From contig CM082585.2 in NCBI GenBank assembly GCA_040954595.2, positions 1,766,902 through 1,830,901 on the forward strand: a DNA stretch of 64,000 nt, in the 5' to 3' direction. This DNA comes from Balanoglossus misakiensis. Its lineage: Eukaryota; Animalia; Hemichordata. Position numbers and translations under genes: made by a program. Each line of letters starts with the position of its first letter. The first letter of the stretch is position 1. This document shows positions 55,286 through 64,000 of the stretch, one piece after another. A model generated the notes under the pieces. That model worked only from the letters and a program-made list of their open reading frames with translations. It ran no database searches and was not told the origin of the DNA.

Positions 55286-56767
55286 TTTTTTTTTTTTTTT
55301 TTTTTTTTTTTCATTTCAAAAATACAGGACAAAAACAAAAAAGTCGACAAAGACAAGAAAAAGAAAGAAACCACAAAAAGAACACTAATAAACGAACAAG
55401 TTGACAAAAGCTCCCCATTTTTCTAGATGTATCCCCTGTCTATCATTTGTAGTGGCTACATTATCTTCTATTTTATAAATAGATTTCACATATGATTTAA
55501 ACTGAAGCATGTTTGGCAAAACATTCGGCACTTTACATTTAAAAATATAAGAACGTCCAATCAAAAGAATGAAATTTGCAAGTTGACTACCCCCCTCATC
55601 TATATTACCCAGAATACAGTACATTGCACTTAACCTTAGTGTATTAAGTGTAACAGTAAAAAAACACTCTTTCACTGAAATCCAAAACCGACTAGTATAA
55701 ATTCAATCCCAAAAAAGATGGTAATAATCCTCTACAACATCTTTACAAAAAATACAAAGTGGGGAGTCAATTATTCGCCATTTGTAAAGCATGCGGTTTG
55801 AAGGCAAGATCTTCATTATTAGTTTGTACTGAAAATTCCAAAGCTTAATATCATTTGTTAATTTGAAAGGAAGCGAAAACACAGTTTTTAAGGAAAATAC
55901 TTCATCAAATACATCGTACCAATAACGTATTATGTGTGGAGAAAGCTCCTGTGGTGTTTGTAAATTCAGAACAAAAGTGTACATCTCTCTATTGAGTTTT
56001 TTACCAGACAAACAATTGGGATTTCGAAAATTAGGCTTACATACCAGTAGTTTGGATGAGTGTGAATTATGTACAATATTTTTCCAATCAAGTGGTATTG
56101 CACATAATAACTGAAATTGTGTACAAATATTACCATATATTGTAGTAAACTGCTCATAATTATAAAACTTACAATTAGCATCGATAAGATCATTAATAAA
56201 AATAACACCATTCCTTGAAAAGTTATTCCACAATATTGGCTTATCACTAATTCGTATCTCAGAATTATTGCAAATTAGTTCTTGGCATACATCGTCTTTA
56301 TCAGATACTGTAGTGGTATTATACTGCAGCCATGCTGAATAAATTTGTCTTAAGAAAACAGAATTAATGGGGTTCAAAATATGAAAATCATCTTTTTTTA
56401 AATTGGCATAATACACTTGGGGCCCACCAAAACTGGAAAGAACAAATTTATACCATTTACTACAAAATAAACTATTGTTTCACATGATCCTCAAAAACCA
56501 GGCTGTCTTTAGCGTCAAATTAAAGGCAGGCAAATTTGTCAAATTGAGACCCCCATTTACATATTAATTGTAGATGGTATTCCTCTTAATCTTGTCTCGC
56601 TTACCACCCCACAAAAAATTGAAAACTAAAAACTGAAGTTTCATACTTTTTAAAGAAGTCATTACCAGGAGATGGTAGAGACATGAAAAGATGAGTAAAC
56701 TGTGAATTGACCAAGGATTTTATAATTGTTACTTTCCCATAAAAAGTGAGCCCCCTACCGTGCCATG
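55286..56767 (-). mobile_element. 5'-truncated non-LTR retrotransposon (L1 clade, Tx1-like), ~1.48 kb, with poly(A) tail and target-site duplication
   Basis: T26 run at 55286-55311 (poly(A) on minus), short pyrimidine-rich 3' UTR, ORF2 C-terminal remnants, and direct repeat TATAACTCTTCTTT at 55275-55288 and 56768-56781. Confidence 0.9.
55385..56766 (-). pseudogene. LINE ORF2 C-terminal fragment (post-RT region and zf-RVT-type zinc-binding region), frameshifted
   Basis: Minus-strand translation gives WHGRGLTFYGKVTIIKSL, FNFLWGGKRDKIKR, GGLNL, KLWNFQYKLIMKILPSNRMLYKW, CIFCKDVVEDYYHLFWD* and HLEKW, matching the L1/Tx1 ORF2 C-terminus; stop in place of the last Cys; several frame breaks. Confidence 0.88.
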
Positions 56768-56904
56768 TATAACTCTTCTTTACACTAGTAATTTCTCACA
56801 ATATTATAATGTGACTCTACCATTGTTATTTGTATTTGATGTACCTGTTCCCAATTGTGAAAAAATAACACTTAGTATACAGTAAATATGAACAAGTTGT
56901 TTGG

Positions 56905-57418
56905 TTTATAGGGAGGAACCAAGTTCGATTTCCTCAAAAAGGCAAAGAAGCCAATTAAAACAGCGCACCAAACTGTTAAATGAAACTTGTTGGAAAGATC
57001 AATAATAGTTGCCAATTTCCTCCAACATGGGAACTGTCAAAGGCAACTTCTGAGAAGGTGTGTGGACACTGCTTTTTCTGATGCCTGTGAGCGCCAATTT
57101 GAAACCCAGGCATTCGAAAGGTTTCAGGCTGTGGCCGGTCAGTATATGAAGTGTCTTGACACCCGCAATATAATTGGTAACGGATGCAGGACTACTAAAC
57201 GACCTGCTAAGAAACTGGGCATAAAGCGCCAAAACCGTGGACGTTGTAGGCACCGCTTACAAACCGTAGTGAAGTGCAAAACTTATATAGGAGCGGAACT
57301 GAATATTCAGGTTCCTGAGCGTACCGGGACGAAAGGCTGCTAGCCGGGAGTTCTTGACCTCTTGTCTTAATAACTCCAGATCTTGCTGCACAGCTGCAAA
57401 TAAATTAAAATAAGACGT
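56905..57418 (-). pseudogene. Tyrosine recombinase, N-terminal part only
   Basis: AFRPGTLRNLNIQFRSYISF...LALYAQFLSRSFSSPASVTNYIAGVKTLH...KLPLT, then after a frameshift WCAVLIGFFAFLRKSNLVP (first catalytic Arg motif, ~56912-56937); similarity ends before HxxR and Tyr; internal stop at ~57257. Confidence 0.88.
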
Positions 57419-59400
57419 TTAGTGAAAACAATGCTTCTGAAGGACGAGTTTCTTCAAGAAGTTTATCTCCTGTGAGTGAGGCAAAGGTGTCGCGGTACTT
57501 GCGGTCCAAATGCCAGCGTGACAAGCAATCGGCAATGCTGTTCTGAGCGCCAGGAAGATAGGCGCGCTTTCAGCTCGAACTGATGTGTCGCTGCAATAAA
57601 CCAAAGTTCGCGCGCGGCTGACATGAGAAAGGGGTCGCGACCGCGGCCGGTGTTAAGAACCTGTACCATGCTGCTGTTGTCGCTGATGACTAGAATGCGC
57701 AGGCCTGTCCATTTGTCACCCCAAAGTCTGGCCGCCACTACGATGGTGAGCATGTCAAGGCAATGGATAGGCTGTTGCTGCTGCAAGACAAAATCTGGGA
57801 ATGGGGCATGGAAATACTGTGAGGCTGAGATTCCACCACATCCTGAAAGGCAAGCATCTGTACAAATAACGCTGTTAGGTGTGGACCAGACCAGTTCCGG
57901 AATAATCGAAACGCCGTTATATTGCCTAAGAAAAGAGATCCACCAACTGATATCTTTCTGGAACTGCACGTTTAAGTAAATGTGATGCCGCGCTGACTGG
58001 ACAGAACGTAGCGTGTCAAGCATGCGGCTAATAAAAAGACGGCCTGCACGAACACAGCTAGAGACAAATGAAAGCTTGCCGATAAGGACCTGCAACTGAC
58101 GTCTAGTGGCATTTTTCCTGCCTGAACAATGAGCAAGAAGCTCTGAAAGCTCAGTGAGCCTGTCCTCTGTGACTAAAAACGAGAGACAAGTTGTGGGGGT
58201 TACAGCTTGACCAAAGGCTTCCTGTAGACCTAATTCAGAGAGAAGAGACCGCAAAGCTAAAAAGGCGGACTGGGCCCGTATAGGGGTGTCTGCGCCGCAA
58301 AAGTCATCCAAAATAATTGACTGCGCGAAAACCCAGATTATGGTACATGGCAATCACGGTGTTCGTGGTGGCCTGACATGCAAGCGCCGCGGAGCGCAAC
58401 CCAAATGGCAAACGGAGATCAATAAAGAGCGAATCTCGCCATGTATAACCCAACAGGTGAAAGTCGTGGGGATCCACTGGCAATTGTCTGTAAGCCCTAC
58501 TCAAGTCTAGTTTAAACAAGAGACAACCGGGACCCAAATCTCTGATAATCGCGACCAGCGTGTCAATATTGGGGTAGCGGAGCTGGAAAGGCTGCTGCAG
58601 GAAGGTCAATGCTGAAAAACCTGCATTGACAGAACTAGAGATGGGAAAACTGAGATCCATTATAATACGCCTATACGGAGACCCCTTCTTCGGGACTGAG
58701 GAGAGCGGGGAAGTAGCCACTGGCATAGTATGTGGGTTAGATGCGAATGGTCCAGCGGTGGCCTTTAGACTAACTTCAGTGCTAACGAAGGCATCAACAT
58801 GGTGAGCAAATTGCAAGGCGGATCTATGGTTGCGCCTGCTAGCAAGTGGCAAGCAATTACCAGTGAAATTGATGGGCCAACCAAATTCAAGAAAGTCAAC
58901 TATAATTCCGCTGTGCCTGTCAGGAAGTCTGGCTCGCCATGCTGGAATGTTTAGTGCAATGGGAACAGGGATACGCACTCCGGCAAAGTTTGGTTTTCCG
59001 GAAGTGAAAACTGTCCTGTGCGCTTGTAGGACCTACTCGTGTGAAACTGGCGAACATGGGGGCCAATCAGTCGTGTGTGGGGGGACCCAGGCCGGAATAA
59101 CTGGAAGAAGTGGAGTGTCAACAACGGTGGGTACTAAAAATTCCTGGTACTGGAAGGTCTTGGTACCTGATATAGCCTTTGCTAGAACATGATGCGAGAG
59201 GGCACAGTCGAAAAGTACAGAAATGTGGCAATACAAATTGTGAGCATCAAAAGCTACACCATTTACAAAGTTTGAAAGGTCAGGTGAAAAACCTACATAA
59301 CAAAAAGGCTGATCAGCTATACTGTTACACGAGCCAGATTCTGCTACATCTTGGAAAATCCCCTCTCCCCCTGGTGCTGCAGGCCATTCCCTGGGTTTTT
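57405..59400 (-). pseudogene. Reverse transcriptase / RNase H (pol) of the YR retrotransposon, disrupted
   Basis: SPLSSVPKK..RIIMDLSFP, KLDLSRAYRQL, LPFGLRSA, Y-LDDF split by a 1-bp insertion at ~58310; RNase H TDACLSGCGG, SDNSSMV, and (after a frameshift at ~57560) LPGAQNSIADCLSR ending in TAA at 57405-57407. Confidence 0.92.
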
Positions 59401-60350
59401 TTGGTGTTTCGTCCCTGAATTCTTTATCGTTAAAGGGGCAATCTGTGGAAGCATGCCGTGTTTCCTAATGCCTAAAGCGCAAACAGGCGGAGCAGACATG
59501 CTTTTCCAATTTGCCCTCCACTACATGATCAGAGATTTGGCTACATTTGTGATCTTGAAAGGCAGAGCAATAGCGAGAGTGACGGTTTTTCTTAGCGCTA
59601 GGCTTAACTGGTTGATCCACACTAATTTGGGGAGGGTTTCTGACGAATCTGGTATGCAGGTTGTCAAAATCGTCGCCCCACACCAACAACCCCTGCTCAA
59701 GGTATTGTAAAATAATTATTGAGTGGTATTTACGGACCCTCTCCCAAGAATACAACTGAGCGTCAGTGACAATGTTTTGCAAGTTTGCTAAACGATTGAC
59801 AGTGGAAGCATTATCTAAACTCATCCCTAATATGATGTCACATGAATCCTTCAAATCTTCTTTGGCACTACACTTCACCAAACCAGAAAACTGACATTTT
59901 TGATGTCCTGTACTATAGGGTGCACTCACTGGCAAAGCCTTCAATATGTTGAAGTTGGCCAGTAAGGTAGATATATAGATAGATTCAGTTCACCCGATAC
60001 CAGCTGTGGTAAAGTCAATTCATCATAAGTAATTGCCTCTGGTTTGTGCGGGTTGGGGTCTCGGATTTATTTGTGTGGCCATGGTATGTACATGAGAACC
60101 CTGTCTGTTGGTTTCCTCTTGGCGCCACTTTTTATTCTTTTACCTTTTGTCCTGGCGGTAGTCGATGGCTGGAGAAGCCTGTTCCTCGTCCTCGTGCGCG
60201 GAGCGTTCCGTTTCTCTACCTGTTTCTTCCCGTCGCCATGTCTGCTGTCTGCATCGTCGCTGGAGAAGTAGTATGTGCATGTGTATGTGTGCGATGTTCG
60301 CGATGTTCGTGTATTTCTTTCAACAAACTCCGAAATCAGTTCTTTCCACA
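59396..60350 (-). pseudogene. gag-like ORF1 of the YR retrotransposon, disrupted
   Basis: KRIKSGAKR..DRV..IPWPHK*..TYDELTLPQLVSGEL, then YSWERVRKYHS..LEQGLLVWGD and a Cys/His cluster CSAFQDHKCSQISDH..HVCSAC..H..DC directly upstream of pol; premature stops at ~60067 and ~59465. 5' boundary uncertain. Confidence 0.7.
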
Positions 60351-60356
60351 TTGAGT

Positions 60357-61092
60357 GTCTACATAGTCCTGGAATCTTACTGGTCTTCTCACAACGCGTC
60401 CTCTGGAAGTGGTTTTCACTGACTGGTTGCCTGTGGCATCTGCTTGCGTCATACTGCTACAAACCGAGTTAGGATTGGTTACCGTCATCTCTTTGAGAGG
60501 TTGTACATCTGGCGTAGTTTCTTCAACAGCAGGTGGTTGACAATGCTTTACAAGCAGGTGGTCATCAGCGACATCTGGAACAACTGGCATTTCTTTTGTT
60601 TTCCTGGTCACGGCGGTTTCTACGGTACATGTGTCCATCTGACTCGACAATATATGATCGTGGTGTATTTGCTCTGGACTGTACAACTGCTGGTTTCCAT
60701 CCTTTGGGTGTCTTCATCCTCACAAACTCATCGTTTGATAAACTGGGCAGATGTTTGGCATGCTGGTCATGATATTATTTCTGTCTTTGTTTCAATGTTT
60801 CTAGGCTTGGCTTTACATTCTCAACTTGTTTGGGCTTCAGCAAAATCTCGCTGGTTGGAAAGAGTGTTTTTGGTTCTCCTACCCATGAGTCTCTGCCCAG
60901 GTGATCCCAACTGACTGTCACGTGGTATGTTTCTATGATCCAGCAGAGCTAAATATGGATCCTTGTTATTTCGCTTGGCTTTCTTCATAAGCGATAAATT
61001 TGCACTTTTGACTGCATTTTCTGCCATGCCATTAGATTTGGGGTATCTTGGACTTGATGTGACATGTTCAAATCCATAGGCAGCTGCAAACT
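60357..61092 (-). pseudogene. Ty3/Gypsy LTR retrotransposon pol fragment: integrase core end and C-terminal tail
   Basis: GFEHVTSSPRYPKSNGMAENAVK (catalytic Glu region), DPYLALLDHRNIP..SPGQRLMGRRTK, frameshifted PRSYIV..G..YRRNRR, and terminal TTSRGRVVRRPVRFQDYV; no LTR seen. Confidence 0.88.
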
Positions 61093-61855
61093 TGACATGT
61101 ATATTTTTGAGCTGAACAATAAACTTGTTTAATACTTTACTTGCCAAAATAAAACAACTCGTGAGTGACTTGGTCAGTTGTCATGGTTCAGTATGTAAAA
61201 AATGAAATAATACATTTTATGGGTACGTACCCATACAATGTGACGTTACTTGCGCAGTTAGTTGTTGTTAGAGTAAACAAAAGATCACGTGATTGTGACG
61301 TTACAGTTTTTCGTGTAGTATGGGCGGTTCATTCAAACATGTTGTTTACCATCGGACCTTTTCTATGAAACCTTATATCGTTATATGGGCAAATTCAACC
61401 CGAATCCATGGGTAGGGCAATTCTTTTCATGTTAAAGGTTTGTTCATCGATATTTATTTCACAAAGAAAAAAATATATATCCAAAATGGTATTTGCCATC
61501 AACTGGGCAGTTAAACATAGCTGAATGAAGTACAGTAATCTAAAAGACATATATAAAGCGATGATATCTCCATTACTCGAATTTCAATTTTAATGGCAAC
61601 ATCTCCCGTAAAATGCGGACCTCACTTTAGGTATTTGTTGATGCAGCGTTATTTTCATTGTATGTATTACCCTTGTTTGATAAGTTCCCTTTTATGAGAT
61701 CTGACTTTCACTATAATAGACACAATGCTGGCTATCAACCGGAAATTGCGTCACTTCCTCATTTCATTCGTTGAACAAAAAATCGCGTCAAGGACACAGT
61801 GGTCCCATTGAGGGAATACACAAGAAAAAGTCTACACCGGAGTATATGGCCATAT

Positions 61856-61942
61856 ACAGACAGACAGACAGACACACACACACACACAAACAAACACACT
61901 CACGCACACACACACACACACATACACACACATACACACACA
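61856..61942. repeat. Compound microsatellite (ACAG)n(AC)n, imperfect
   Basis: Directly visible ACAGACAGACAGACAGACACACACAC... tract. Confidence 0.95.
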
Positions 61943-62149
61943 GCAAGAGATCAATGGGCGAGCACTGACTGACCCATAAGCTGCCAATGGCATATGTACT
62001 GTACATACACTAAATAGAACAGCTGGCCTCTTTAAAACTTAGCCAGTTATGTAATCATTCAGGAATTTGCTGTGTATATAAACAACAAAATAAAGTAAAT
62101 ACACACCACTTCGCAAAGCAATCTGACCAGTAGTTCTTGGGTTACTGAG

Positions 62150-62413
62150 TTATGACCAAATTCACATTTTCCATCTAATTTGCATATTTTGGGCAATGAC
62201 AATTTCATTTGAACAAACTCCCATCTACAGCCCAGCCTGCATCTGGCACACCAAATATCAAGGTGATACACGCAGTGGTTTTCAAGTTTTTGATGTGGAC
62301 GGACATACAGACATACATCCATACATACATACATACATACATAAATACATGCAGACGCAACCGATCCCATAAGGTCCCATGGTATATATGCCTATACCAA
62401 TGGGACCTAAAAA
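62150..62413 (+). mobile_element. Non-autonomous element resembling Helentron-associated (HINE/DINE-1/pearl-like) repeats: core, (ACAT)n microsatellite, terminal hairpin, A-run
   Basis: (ACAT)n at ~62303-62350 followed by stem-loop AGGTCCCATGGTATA-TATGCC-TATACCAATGGGACCT (62372-62408, 15-bp stem with one bulge) and AAAAA. Left boundary not determined. Confidence 0.55.
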
Positions 62414-63257
62414 CCTTGAATCCGCAGGCAGCCCGTTGATATCTGTGAATAAGGAGGGTAGAAATTGTGCAAATTATTTCAAACATCAAAAATGAGTTAA
62501 GATGGTGCTGTATATCATGTGTATTACTTTGCATGTTTTTGATACGTTGTGCGTTATTTTGAACGCCTTAAAGGGAAAGTTAAGTCGAACCGATTTAGTA
62601 TTATGTGTTAGCAATGGGTTCAGTTATTCAGGGGAATAAACATTTCGCCTTCTCAGACTCATGTGATTTTGCACAAAAAGGGAAAGAGATTCTTCGATAT
62701 CAAATGATGTCAGACGTGCTCAGACGGCAGTTACGTTGGCATTCAAATTTCCAGATGACGGGCAACTTCAGCAACGTGGTGCAGACAAATACTGTGCAGA
62801 CGAAATGCAATGAGGTTGATGAGGCCCCATACCTGATACATGTTGTGTATTTGGCGGTTATAAAGTAAAAACATACTCCGAAAAACTTTTGCCGAAATAT
62901 CTGAAAATGACAACGCCGTGGGTTACATGGCCAGATCACGTGTTTAATAGTAAAGAATTGGCAGAAGATACATTCTAGGGCTACATCAAATTATACTTTT
63001 TGAATCAAAAAGTGCTTTCATGATTTCTATGATAACAAGATGTGAATATTATTATTTGATAACAAATCTCTCCTCACAAAAGAATAGAAAGGTTTGGAGC
63101 ATTATCATTTTGTCAAGTCTGTCCAGAGGCACATACTGCCTTATGATGATTACATAGGCCTAATTAATTAATTTTTTCCTTAAAGGGACAAAGTCTCTCT
63201 CTCGCTGCCCCCTTTCCATTGATTATGTTTGATTCAACACACCCTGTGTATATATAG

Positions 63258-63412
63258 TGAATCAACGTTCGACCACACATGTTTGTAGGATATGAGAGTC
63301 AAAATCTCGCCCAAATGAATAAACGGTAGAGACCGATTATTCATTTTGGCGAGTTTTTCACTCTCGTGTCTGCATGTGGGATGAAAGGTGTGTGTGGTCG
63401 AACGTTTAGTCA
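63258..63412. repeat. ~155 bp imperfect palindrome (MITE-like)
   Basis: Perfect 16-bp inverted repeat AACGTTCGACCACACA (63264-63279) / TGTGTGGTCGAACGTT (63391-63406); inner stem CTCGCCCAAATGAATAA (63306-63322) / TTATTCATTTTGGCGAG (63337-63353), 16/17 match. Confidence 0.8.
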
Positions 63413-64000
63413 GGTGGAAATTTCAGAAAATGAGCATTTTAAAAGCATGTCAGGCATTTTTTGGTACAAGCTGGGAACAAGTTGTTTTTGGATATTTCGA
63501 ATACGCTGATTTCGAAGTTGCCTGTTCCCAAAAATTCTTTTCACGTTTTCATGTCGAAAATGGCAAATTAATTTGTGACGTCATAATTTCAAAATACCTA
63601 AAAGAAAACGCTGTTTGTAGCCATTATGGCGCAATATCACAGGTCAACACCATAATAGTCTATTGAAATCATATTCTTATATTCATTTAAATATTTTTAA
63701 ACATTTTTTTTAATTTAGAAACATTTTGTGAATTGGTAAATGCTAATTTATGTTAATTAGGTCCAGGTGGAAATTTCAGAAAATGAGCATTTTAAAAGCA
63801 TGTCATTCATTTTTTTGGTACAAGCTGGGAACAAGTTGTTTTTGGATATTTCGAATACGCTGATTTCGAATTTGCCTGTTCCCAAAAATTCTTTTCACGT
63901 TTTCATGTCGAAAATGGCAAATTAATTTGTGACGTCATAATTTCAAAATACCTAAAAGAAAACGCTGTTTGTAGCCATTATGGTGCAATATCACAGGTCA
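63411..64000. repeat. Tandem repeat, ~353 bp unit, ~1.7 copies visible, runs off the window edge
   Basis: CAGGTGGAAATTTCAGAAAATGAGCATTTTAAAAGCATGTCA starts at 63411 and 63764; the second copy matches the first with few differences up to 64000. Confidence 0.92.

Larger units (their letters stand above)
56905..60350 (-). mobile_element. Degraded tyrosine-recombinase retrotransposon (DIRS order, Ngaro-like), truncated at both ends
   Basis: Same-strand order gag-like, RT, RNase H, tyrosine recombinase; no room for a methyltransferase domain between RNase H and YR; terminal repeats not found. Confidence 0.88.

Noticed and set aside
54129-55407. ORFs 54129-54353, 54289-54645 and 55189-55407
   Set aside because: Cross repeats or the poly(A) tail (poly-Lys artefact); no domain features.
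56905-59400. Bacterial retron, DGR or phage integrase system (RT next to tyrosine recombinase and a repeat array)
   Set aside because: RT-RNase H plus gag zinc finger and RKSNL-type YR are those of eukaryotic DIRS-order retrotransposons; all frames are disrupted and no sequence link to the satellite is visible.
56987-60914. Plus-strand ORFs of 65-156 aa over the retroelements
   Set aside because: Antisense shadows of minus-strand TE coding sequence without motifs of their own.
61165-63666. Short ORFs including HT/CV-repeat and YVCM-repeat peptides
   Set aside because: Microsatellite or repeat translations; no exon structure evident.

Overview
Eukaryotic (animal-like, probably invertebrate; not determinable from sequence alone) heterochromatin edge, not a prokaryotic locus. 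Bases 1-53474 are one head-to-tail satellite array of a ~130-135 bp monomer (roughly 400 copies, all one orientation). It has recurrent monomer subtypes, nested higher-order periods (266 bp dimer, ~527/660/790/1187 bp multimers, 1.7-3.8 kb block duplications) and two sequence subdomains that switch at ~36.5-40.5 kb. All ORFs called in the array are artefacts. The array stops abruptly mid-monomer and is followed by ~10.5 kb of decayed mobile DNA: a 42-bp inverted-repeat element, a 5'-truncated Tx1/L1-clade LINE with poly(A) and target-site duplication, a degraded tyrosine-recombinase retrotransposon (Ngaro-like: gag, RT/RNase H, YR), a Ty3/Gypsy integrase fragment fused to it, two microsatellite+hairpin elements resembling Helentron-associated non-autonomous elements, a ~155 bp palindrome and the start of a ~353 bp tandem repeat. 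No intact host gene, RNA gene or CRISPR array is supported. I found no clearly novel biological system; the most interesting signals are the array architecture and the candidate expression signals (splice acceptor, frameshift site) of the YR retrotransposon. Coordinates were read by eye and block boundaries are approximate.
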